64,000 nucleotides of DNA from Convolutriloba macropyga. Lineage: Eukaryota. Of the stretch, positions 50,001 to 60,299 are shown in pieces. The notes below the pieces were generated by a model. It ran no database searches and was not told where the DNA came from. It saw nothing but the letters and a program-made list of their open reading frames with translations. Where the stretch lies: positions 43,462,001 to 43,526,000 of the forward strand of contig NC_134481.1 of assembly GCF_964194025.1 (NCBI RefSeq), given 5' to 3'. Numbering within the stretch: the first letter of the stretch is position 1; every line of letters begins with the position of its first letter. A program made the translations under genes and the position numbers.

Positions 50001-50734
50001 GGTTTTGGGGAAAGGCACGGGGTCCTACTCTCACCTTGTGTTCTAGTTTTTTAATTCCAAATTTTTAATACCAGAATTGAACATAACCGACTAAACGTCG
50101 GAAGAATTGCTCTCGAACGACTAGTGGGAGCTCTAAAGTATTGCAGCCTGCTTCAATCGGGGGGGGGGGGGGTGGCTAAATCGGACTCAGAAGTTCAACA
50201 GTGGGCTGCAAATAAACACATTAGAGGTTAACATATGCCACTATTAACATTTAAAGTAAAAAATGACACCAGTTTCGACAGTTCTACTTCTTTTCACCCC
50301 GATTTATTTAACCCCCTATAATTTAACCCCGTATATAATCACCCCTCAGTCACTTAACCCCGCATTTTATTCACTCCGAAGTCGGTTTAACACCGAAATC
50401 TTTCATCTATTTCGGCATCCAAAAGAACAATTAGCAAAGCTAAAGTTCAAAGGACTTAAATAACACAAAACTACTGACCTTTAAGAGTGCGGCATTGAAC
50501 AGCTTGCGTTTGTTTAAAATCAAAGAATAATGACGAGACTGTTTTTTAGAACAATGACTTTGATCAAAAAAGAACACTTGACAATTCTGACCTCTTTTAT
50601 GTTGCACTTTGATTTGAATCAAAAAAGTTCAAAAACTGTCCTTGTCTAGAAGACGGAAGAACCGGTACTTTTCAAATGGAAGGATGTAAGCTAAATTTTA
50701 AAACTACTTTCCGAGCAGGCATAAAATAGCAATT
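44079..50734 (+). repeat. Tandem array of 8 units of ~830 bp in SUOX intron 4
   Basis: Units start at about 44079, 44898, 45737, 46566, 47394, 48228, 49064 and 49900; repeated ORF-track translations show the same spacing. Confidence 0.97.
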
Positions 50735-52870
50735 CAAAACTAAATTTAACCGTGTATTTAACAGAATTTCCAATGAAATCCAGGTTGATATTTTTGCTAG
50801 CAGCTACGCTGTGCAAGCTTCATATCTAAATGTTGCAAAACTGTGTCCCAATTAGGGTTCCCATCATAGGGTTAACGCCCGGGATCAAATTCCCTAATGA
50901 GTCGCGATATGAGGCTTCGAGGTAACTCCGTGAGGACGCAAGGAGGGCGCCAACTCAACAATATTAAGATGGATTTCGAATTTAAGTTAACATAAAAACA
51001 AACACAATAAAATACACAATAAATACACAACTAAGTCAAACTGGCAATAGTCCTGAAAAAATGAATATCAGTTTCATCCCTGTAAATTTTCACCAAGTTT
51101 TGCACTTTCCCTTTCCAATTCTCATACTTCTTCTTCTTTGGGAATTTGTGACCGGATGAGGCATTCAAAAAAAGTTTAATTTTTGGACCGCTGCGTCTTT
51201 TTGTAAGTTAGTCAAAAGTTTCCAAATTCCGGGATGGGATACGCTGAACAAAGCTTGTATCCCATAATGCCAGCCCTCAACAGCATTAGTTGTTCTAGCA
51301 ATTCCCTCAAATGGCTGCGTCTCCTTAATTCCAAATTTGTGGGGAGAATGTGGCAAGACGGTTCAATAGTGGACACTTGATATAATTTGTTTGGAAATAT
51401 AAACAAAGCTCGTCTATTTTCTCAATAACGACGCTATCTAAATTCTGCTGATCCGCCACATTAGTTATTTCCTCGACAATCAATTCAAAAGATTTTTCTA
51501 TTTGCTCATTTTTTTCGAAAGCTAGAGCAGGGATCATTTCAAGCGCCAGGGCCACTTAATGATTTTCTGACACCAGCTTTTTTAGTCCAAGTTCTCCAAT
51601 TTTTCTAACAAAATTTTGAGTTAAATGGAAATAACAGCCCGACAACATTGAAGCTGGATGATGTTTTTGAAAGTCATTAATGGGGGCAATTTCAAAATCC
51701 AACAGAACCTTATCTGGCTTGCAATCTGGGGCAAAGGTTTTTAAGGCATCAAGTTATTGGCTGTACGGTTTTTTCCGTTTTATTGGGAAGGATGGCATAT
51801 AAACAAGCAGGGGCAATACTGAGAACATACACATGAAGGGTGTATATTTCATAGAAGTTTTTGGGCGATAGTTTAAACGTTCCATCCCCAAGCCAAAACT
51901 TGGAGCTTTCGGGAACGGATGTCATATAGGGATCACCAAAAACTAAAATACGCTCGTGGTGTTCTTTTCCGCTGTCATACCGCAAAAACTCTTGAAAATT
52001 ATCAGGTATATCAAATTGCCGGTCCGATGGCTCATAAATTGACACTGTTTGTATAACCTTTCTCAAGCGCTGCGAGGTTTGTTTTAAATTTCGTTTTGAT
52101 GGCAATGCATACTGGGTCGAAAGAACGTCAGTTACTGGTAAAATTGCGGAAGCTAAGGCTGCTGCGGGCGTTAGGTTTTCACTCAGGGCTTTGATCTCTT
52201 TTATAACTTTTAGTGTGGCCGGCTTTCCAATCAAAGCATTATGATTGTGTTCACCGTTCACGCGAATAAGTTGGTCGTCTTGTGTTAAAGCGGAAACGCG
52301 GCACTTAAACTTTGATATTTTGCGCAATTCCAGGCAGTGCTAAACTTATTTAATCTTTTAACATAAAACTCATGGCCTTCTACAACCAATATTTCTTTGT
52401 TTTTGGATGAAATAGTAAACTCAAAGTTGGCAGTTATCATGCTGAATTCAAAATGCGATAAAACAAGAAGTGTTCTTGAGTTCCATCCACTTTTCAATTG
52501 CTTTTAATTGCCCCATTGAGGATTAGATGAGATAACTAATTCGCTAATTGTTATAGTTTTGCATTAAACTATTGCGTCGTTAGCTCTATGTCCCTGACAA
52601 TTATGATCCATGAATTTACAGATTAAAATCGGGGTGAAATGATTGAGGTGTGAAAAGTTTGTTCACACCTCAGTTATTTCACCCCGATTTTAATCTCCAT
52701 TAATTCATATAAAATTAATAGAGGCTTAATTATCCTCAATTATAGGAAGCTTAAAATCGGGGTGAAACAATATAGTGGTTAAATAATTGAGGGTTAAATG
52801 ATATAGGGGTTAAAAAATCGGGTTTAAAATTTAGGGGGTTAAAAGAATAGGGGTGAAAAAACAGGACACC
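50280..52870 (-). mobile_element. Mutator-superfamily (MULE) DNA transposon with subrepeat-type terminal inverted repeats
   Basis: Both ends carry ~15-bp (TTC/TTA)ACCCC subrepeats in inverted orientation (50290-50400 vs 52755-52860); candidate 8-bp TSD GTTTCGAC (50272-50279) / GTTTTGAC (52871-52878); encodes a transposase remnant. Confidence 0.8.
51031..52440 (-). pseudogene. FLYWCH-MULE transposase, inactivated by frameshifts and stops
   Basis: Joined frames give a FLYWCH-type finger (WNC...KC...HNH), DGTFK, LLDFE, GCYFH (CxxH) and RTTNAVEGWH catalytic motifs; split among ORFs 52285-52497, 51749-52327, 51325-51555 and 51165-51356. Confidence 0.9.
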
Positions 52871-54966
52871 GTTTTGACGCACTTTTCATTTGACTTTTAG
52901 TATTAAATTGCCGCCAATTGAGTTAAGCTGCTTGAAATTGTGATTAAGAGAGAATTTTAGATCACGCGAAACGCAGAAACTCAAAGGCGTAAAAGTCACT
53001 CGAAAAGTGAAAATGGTCAAGCGAACATTTTGCAGAAAAAAAGACACACGTTTACAATAATTGCCATGAACTTCGTTCAAGAGCAATTAATCAGAATTCA
53101 GAATGTTTTGACTCATTGCAATATTCTGTTTGAAATATGATCAATGTCAATTAAAAAAAAACAGCAACCAGAACTCACGACTAAAATGGAAAACTTAAGA
53201 TGGAAATTGTGAGCAGATTTGCTCAAAATATCATTTTTCCTACAACCTTGAGAAGCACTTATTCCCAAGGAAAATTTACGCTGGGCAATCAGTCAATTTA
53301 TTTTCATACCCTACGTTTAAACAGAGGTCACATTTCAATTTGCCTAAAAATTAATGTGTTGCAGCTTTAAAAATCAATTGTTGTTTAGTCGTGAGAAACG
53401 ATAAACTGGTAAAACATAGTTGCGGCAGTCTACCCGTTTCTTCTTCATTATTATATTGTGGAACTCTTTGTTTGCAATTGAATATTTTGGTACCAGGACA
53501 ATAAATTTGAAAAGCAGAAATTGGTACGCTATGTCTAAAATGGAATATGTTAGAGTTGATTTAGTAAGATTTACGAACACTGATGCTATTGCGTATAACG
53601 TCTTCGGTCGTGGTAATATTTTGTTTTGATAGATTGCTATCAACTCCTAAGAGCCGCTGAGGCGGAGGATGGCAATATGAGAAATGAAGTTGAATAATTT
53701 TAGTTCCGCTATCTGATTCTTCTTTTAATTAATTGCTTAAAACATTTGTAAGCAAAGTTTTCAACAAATGCTGCAACGAAAGCCTTTTTCCTGGTCGTAC
53801 ACTTCCCCTCCACCGCCAGGGGAGAAGTGACTGACACATGGGGCCGAGTCGACAGATACACGATCGTAAAATACATAATCAAGCGGCAACCACTGATTCA
53901 ATTCGCTTGTTCTTATATTTGTCTTGCTTAAGTTTAACCAATCAGATTGGTTGACCAATGAAATAAGAGCATTCGGCTAGAACTCTCATTTTCCTATTTT
54001 GCTAAACGCCAAATCCGCTAGAATTCATAGCCCAGCTGAAGTTGGCGGTGGTGTGTTAAGCATGGCCAAATGCGCTAATCTCGAGCAAGTTAGCATAGAA
54101 TTAATTTCAGCCACTGCGATTAGTTATTTTCGGTCTGCTGTTCCGGTTTTTCAACTTTTGATCAATTTTGTTTTAATTTTGTTTTGATTTAATAATTCAG
54201 TACACACTGAGGATGTCATTTAGTAAGTGATTCACTTGTTTTGTTTTCACATATTGCAGTTGCAATTCACTTAATTACAATTGTTTTTTTAAAGTTTTAA
54301 AGTAGCATTCATGGCTTGTAAAAGGACAATGATGAACTGATGTATAATTAGTGTTAGGACCTGGTTTTTGATAAACAACCATTGGTTTTTCCTTTTACAA
54401 CTCTATGTTAAACTGTCCATTCTTTCATTGGTTTCAAATTTGAGTCTAAAAAAACTATTTAACTTATGCTATTGACCGTGAACTCAGTTTATGACGTTGT
54501 TTGAATTTTAGAGCTGCATTGCTGTAAGTTAAGCAATAGCTAAGTTGATGCTGTTTTAGTTTTTTGTTTAGCTGTTTACACACATTCTGTGTTATACATT
54601 TTCGCGCCGCTCACACAAAGAGCAGTCTTGTTGATCTCCAAAGAGCAGTCTTGTTGATCTTGTTTTTCGTTCCGTTACGTTATAGTTGTTACGCTAATTG
54701 GAATTCGATTAATTGACAGGTCGTTGTCCTTGATGTGGAATTCAAATAATTTTTGATGTTTAGACTTCGTTAATTTCGTCCTTCAAAATTTGAATTGTTG
54801 CTACAGTTTAAATGTTTTATTTCGCGGTTTTGGAATATTGTTTTTGCGGAATGCGATTGTGATAGCAAATCAGTGAATGTAAATTGTTTCGAAACAAAGC
54901 TGAGCGGTTTTTTTTCAATTGCGTTAACTTTTTGTCGGTCTGTATTTTACTTCACCTAGAGTGATT

Positions 54967-55352
54967 AGTTGCTCTCCAGTGAGAAGCAATTATTCTAAAT
55001 GTGTGTCTTTTTACGCAGATTTTTCGCTTGACCATTTGGGCTTTTCTAGAATCATCTTTGACTTTTTCACGCACTTCTTGATTTTTTAGTGATTTCAATT
55101 GCTCTCATCTCGAAAAAAAATTTGTTCAAACAAAACTGATTGTTAGAGAGACTATTACAAGGCCCTGATAGACGAGTGGTTAATACCTCAGATGAGGTGA
55201 CGGAATCCGACTCAGGTGGTCAGGGTTCGAAATCTGCTTTTGGCTGATGTTTTTGCACCCATAAAGAGAAACTTCTAGGCTACAGCCCCTGAATTAAATT
55301 GCCCCGCCTGTCCTTCGAGAGCAATTTTTCTGACGTTAGTCGTTTTATGTTT
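54967..55352 (+). mobile_element. Compact HINE family B copy
   Basis: 5' AGTTGCTCTC + partial IR AGCAATT; 3' GAGAGCAATT (55317) + degenerate hairpin TGACGTTAGTCG + TTATGTTT. Confidence 0.55.
55161..55246 (+). other. tRNA-derived sequence (tRNA pseudogene or SINE head)
   Basis: A-box-like TAGACGAGTGGTTA and B-box-like GGTTCGAAATC at tRNA-like spacing; acceptor and anticodon stems do not pair cleanly. Confidence 0.45.
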
Positions 55353-56031
55353 TAAGTGTGCATTCCTAAGCCTAGATTTCATTTTGGGTGAACAAAATTA
55401 CTTCTATTTGGACTCTTTCTTGAAATTAAGTTCGTGTGCCAAATAGTGACGGTGAATTAAAAGTTGTCATATGAGAATTACGCAAAACCTAGTTTCATTT
55501 AATCAACTCTCGTTACGATAACAACCGTTTCAAAAGTAACCGATGAAATGACTTGTTGGCACCCGATGAATACTGCCAAAATATCTGAAGCTTTGGCGAA
55601 ACTGCTGTGATTTTACTCTTTCCGACACTCTCCCCCCCCCCCACGCACACACAAACACACACCCACACTTATGCTATATGGAGAGTATTCGCCTGAGAGT
55701 TTGAGAACTTCTCGATGTCGTTAACAAATGTTAGAGTATTCAACAATATTCATTATAATAACCAACTTAATAATCATTAATCACCGCTCGTGGCGATGAC
55801 AGTGAACAATGTCGATTAAATTACTTCTTAGCGCCCTAAGAAGACTAAAGAAATCTGATGCGGTGACGAAACTCGGCCTCGTGATTAAGCTATTTTTTTC
55901 GCCATGCTTTTGTCGCCTTTGTTGCTACAAAGAGTCGTGGGAAAATTGAATCTATTCAGCTACACGGTGGCAGAAGTTTTTCAATTGTCGTAATCGCAAC
56001 GAGAGTTGATTTAAAATATCAGCACACGGTT

Positions 56032-56034
<3 letters not shown>

Positions 56035-56073
<39 letters not shown>
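56035..56073. repeat. (CT)n microsatellite
   Basis: Directly visible. Confidence 0.95.
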
Positions 56074-56078
<5 letters not shown>

Positions 56079-56407
56079 TCTTGTGGTGATTAAGTACATG
56101 TTACAACAAAACCTTATTAGCCCGAGGGACTTAGTGCCCTGACAAGAGGGTGCTTGTGCCCGAATGCGGAGCACGAGACCCGAGTGGGACTAAGATTTGT
56201 TCTAAGCATTTGTAGAGAACCAAAGGGTACAAAAGTGTTGAAATTCATTTGAAATTGAAGTTGAGTGTACAATTTTGCAGATTAAAGAACGAAAAGTTTT
56301 CTTCTTAAAAATGTTCTGGAATTGAAATAAACTAAAGGTCTCCTTCTCCAATAGCGAAGCAGCCGATTATTTATAGCGGTTGGATTCGAATGTCAAAAGT
56401 TACATTT

Positions 56408-56524
56408 CTTAGTTTGAAAGATTGAACTTAGACTTAACGAAGTAAAAGTTTTTGTCCTACACAAGTTTAGGACAAATTTTAGAGTTTCACACCTTTAAGT
56501 TTCAGTTCAATCTTTCAAACTAAG
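56408..56524. repeat. 117-bp near-palindrome (MITE-like hairpin)
   Basis: Perfect 21-bp outer IR CTTAGTTTGAAAGATTGAACT / AGTTCAATCTTTCAAACTAAG; inner IR TTTGTCCTA / TAGGACAAA. Confidence 0.75.
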
Positions 56525-56906
56525 CTCTGCCTCGTAGTTTAAGTGACCGATGAAATCGTACCCTAGATTGTAGTTACTCAATGGGTGGTGGTGGATAATT
56601 AGCTCTAATTCCGCATTTTGACACAAGCCCATAACGTGACTAAAATGAACCCTTTAGACTCACGGGGCCAAATTCGAACCAAAACCTTGCAGTCTTTTGA
56701 GAACTGTTCATCCGATATTAGTCACTTATGTTTGTGTCATGTTTTTGTGAAGTGTGTACACTCTCAAATATCATCGAAACTGGACTGTATTAGACTGTCG
56801 GTTCTGTTGTTCTACCGAATTGTAATGTCATCTATATGTTTTTTTCCAAGTAGCCTTATGATGAATTTTGCACTGATAGATATTGCGTGATTACTTTTGT
56901 TCTTAG

Positions 56907-57308
56907 GAGTGTCCTGTTCAATGTGCTCTGTGTACTCCTTCCCCAAACACATCCATCAAAACAGACTCCGATTTGGAATTAAAAGGATATGCTTACAGTG
57001 GGGGAGGCAATGGAATCGTCAGAGTCGATGTCTCACTTGACGGGGGAAACTCCTGGAATCAGGCAGAACTCCTCGATTCCGACCAGGAGGCACCAAAAGA
57101 GTTCGGCTGGCGGTTGTGGACATTCACAGTGGAATCGGACACTCTTAAAAAGTTAATGTCGACTTCAAATTGTAAAGAATTGGATATTGTGGTCAAAGCT
57201 ACAGACTCTTCTCATAATGTGATGCCTAAAGATGCAAAAGATGTCTGGAATATTAGAGGTATCATGAACAACTCCTGGCATCGGATCAAACTCAAATTAG
57301 TAGACTGA
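56907..57308 (+). CDS. SUOX: Sulfite oxidase, coding exon 5 (dimerisation domain, stop codon)
   Basis: TTCTTAG|GAG; ECPVQCAL...KGYAYSGGGNGIVRVDVSLDGG...WRLW...KATDSSHNVMP...WNIRGIMNNSWHR; spliced CDS 511+380+205+242+402 = 1740 nt = 579 aa + stop. Confidence 0.93.
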   Translation, partial: ECPVQCALCTPSPNTSIKTDSDLELKGYAYSGGGNGIVRVDVSLDGGNSWNQAELLDSDQEAPKEFGWRLWTFTVESDTLKKLMSTSNCKELDIVVKATDSSHNVMPKDAKDVWNIRGIMNNSWHRIKLKLVD

Positions 57309-57597
57309 GAGCAAACAATTTTCCATGCAAATTTTCCAATAGACTCTACCGCATAATCATAAACATCATTAATTAAACAGGAACTCTGTATAATTTTCTA
57401 CTTTCGTTTCTACGCTTCTATTTATCCTGTTCAAATCATATCTGTAGTATTGTAGATTTATAAATTATTTTTAATAATTATAATACATTCATTCTTTTCA
57501 AAATTACTTGTTAAAAATAGTCAAAATTTGAACGTGGGAGAGCACTATTGTACCGATGGCCCGTTCTCAAGTGACTCGTTCAGTATAGCTTGATGAA

Positions 57598-57613
57598 AAT
57601 AAACCAAAATAAA
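57598..57613 (+). terminator. Candidate SUOX polyadenylation signals (two AATAAA)
   Basis: AATAAA at 57598 and 57608, about 290 nt after the stop; AT-rich context makes chance occurrence possible. Confidence 0.4.
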
Positions 57614-59195
57614 AAAGAGTTTATCTAAGTACTTTTAAAATTGGGGGAAAACATTATACTGTTGTAACCCCTCATTAATCCTGTTGTATGCAAGCAACAT
57701 AGGCATAACAACCAAAAATACAAAACTATCTTCATGACTTCAAGATACTCCGCAACAAGGATTGCTGACATATTGTTTTGATTTGAATTTAATTTTCGAC
57801 AATTAATTTTTTTGGGCTGACAATTTGCGTTTCGAACATAAGTATACGACACTTAATTTTGTGTGAGGAGTTATAGCGGGAAAGGGCGATTTAATGATAG
57901 CGATCGAATTTTATATTTTCGAAAGTTTTGCAATGTTTACAGACCTCCCCGTATTGATTTGAGAGCAATATATAATTAAGCGAATATAAAAGCGTTATTT
58001 GAGCATGAGATCTTAGCAGGACCTTGGTTGTGGAAAAAAACCGGCCTTAGAGAAGAACCATGAATATGGAATATTGCTTAATTCCGTCTTACAATACTCC
58101 AGTAATGTTATCAAGGAAGGCAGTATCAGAAACAGCCATGTAAGTGGAGGGTTGTGTGTTTGTGCTGTCCCACCCTTACCCACTTGGGTAGATAGGGGTA
58201 CCCTTATCAACCAGAATGCTCAAGATCAATTAGCCCCACAATCGATTAATATCTCAAGGAAATACCGTCACGACTGTTAAGTGCTGTATTTTTGGATCAG
58301 CATGCATTGGTCAACACTAGAAATGCTGCATGGATTTTGAGCGTACCGAAGAAATGAGCGTCGTTTATTGAACAAAAAAAGAGTAATGGTTGATAATGAA
58401 GTTGTATGGCTGGTAAATGATTGAAAACACAATCAGACCAATATTTTGAGAGGAAAATATTAGGTATAGGCAACCGAGATTTTTTGAAATTTGGGCGCAA
58501 TTGTGCAAAATTAAGACGAAAAAATGAATTCATGATTTTATATGCTCTTTTCTACGGCGATTACACATATAATAAACAAACGCTCTTTTTCTCTATAATT
58601 CAATCACTCCTGAGGAAATTTTGATGCAGAATGATCGGACACTTACATTTTATCAGGACTAAATTGTAGTTTGTCTTGATAGCCTGTTGTCAATGATGGT
58701 GTTAAACAAGCAGAGATGACTATTCGTGAAGCTAAAATTGTTCATTTAGCTCGTCAAAACTTAAATATATTATTTTCTGTTGGGGTATAAAGATTTCTTT
58801 TTTAATAAAAAAAGTATAATCAAAGTAGAAAATTGATTGCTTGTTTGTTGGAATTGATAATCAAGTGTGAACACATAAATTCAAGAAAATAGAAAATTCT
58901 GATGCTGCAACGACAAAATAAAATTGGTTTCGCTGGAATCATTATTCGCAAAAATTAGCCGCTTCTAAGGCTTTGTTTCCATTTTCGCGAATGTTTTCTT
59001 TAAGTAAATACTCAAATTTACGATTTTGGATTGTCTTCCGTTAAATGCAATCAATAATGGAGTACTTTCAAAAAGCAGATTTTACAATTTTTTTTAAAGA
59101 ATTTTTCAAAGTTGTCGGGCTGCAACTAGAGCTGTCTCAACAAAAGTTCTCATACAAATACTTTAATACATTTGTCAAAATCAACTATTTTAGTG

Positions 59196-60299
59196 GTTAA
59201 TAGCCGTGAAGCGATAGAGGCTATTATTGGGGACATCGTGGTTTTGTTTTACAATTCTACAATGGAACTTGAATTGTATTGGTGTGCTGTATTTTGTTTA
59301 AGATCTGTTCAAACATTTTCATGATTTTTGAAGTCAAATTAGAGTAGTGATTTAAGTTACGCCGAAACAGGAAGTGAAGCAAAGAAGCGAGTGGTTTTGC
59401 AGCGTAAAAGTTTTAAATCGAGTTTTAAAGTAGAGTGAGAACACTGTGTTTGGACAAAAGTTCGCTTTCTCGGTTGTAGTTTTTTGTTCACATGAGGCAA
59501 TTTCACTTTGGTTTTTTATCACTTTTTGGATCGGATTTTTTCTAAGTGGTGTCCCCAATCCCTTCATTGTTCAATCTAGGTCTAGTTTTTTGTCAGAATC
59601 AAAATTTCATTACTCCTCGGTGGTTTTCTGTTCTCGCTAGCGGCTTTTTGACAATGATTTTGTTTTTTGTTTGTTTTTATCTGATTTTTTAAAGATGGTT
59701 TTTCCAATTCACGCATAGTTAGTTCAAGGTCTCATTTTTTGTTTAGTCAATGAAAATTCGTTGAATTGTACGTCAAGACTTGTCCTGCTATAATTTTTTA
59801 ATTCGTCTTCTCCATCGATTATTCTTACGACCTGACTTTTTGGAATTGACATTTTCAGTGACTTCAGTGTCTTCTACTGCTTTGCAGTTAAAAGTTGTGT
59901 TCGTGGCGTCATTTCTGTTTTAGGTCAGTTGCGTGACTTACCTCACTCAAGAAAGTTACTTCTGAACTCACTTATGGAATTTCAAATTTTATGAACCTTT
60001 ACTAGTTAAAGATCAATAGTGTTCATCTAAAAAGTGCCCACCTTTTATGTCCTAATTGTTGAGTATAAGTCTTCAGTTTTTGATTTGGAAATATCAATTT
60101 TGAGAAAGGTCATAGTGCTTTTTGCTTATAGACCGTATGTGTCATAAAATTGACAGTCTGAATATAACCCAAAAAGTCTCGTGGTCTATTAAAGGACTGG
60201 TGGTCGATCTGTCTATCTTATTCCTTTAGTTGTTTCAATTCTTGGAAGGCCATAAGCGTCTATCGCGGCTATTTTCCAGCAATCTGCCGGCTATGTTTA
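59196..60299 (+). mobile_element. HINE family A, complete long copy
   Basis: 5' TAATAGCCGT...GAGGCTATT; core colinear with 570-920; GTGACTTACCTCAC at 59933; 3' GCGGCTATT-TT-CCAGCAATCTGCCGG-CTATGTTT. Confidence 0.7.

Larger units (their letters stand above)
50080..53088 (-). mobile_element. HINE family B copy (~410 bp when empty) split by the Mutator insertion
   Basis: 5' end AATTGCTCTT at 53088 with 5' sequence matching 54967-55060; 3' subTIR + CCGAC/GTCGG hairpin + TTATGTT at 50080-50114, repeated in each array unit from 44249. Confidence 0.6.

Noticed and set aside
44427-50622. Repeated 60-66-aa ORFs in the tandem array as a multicopy peptide gene family
   Set aside because: They translate Mutator TIR subrepeats and AT-rich spacer; one unit loses the ORF to a 1-bp indel, and there is no protein motif
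44079-50734. Array as CRISPR-like or as an rDNA/snRNA gene cluster
   Set aside because: Units are ~830 bp with no unique spacers, no recognisable 5S/snRNA/tRNA sequence, and are explained by intron + TE pieces
58300-58760. Possible DNA-transposase remnant (VVNDGVKQAEM near 58690)
   Set aside because: One degenerate motif in broken frames; not enough to call
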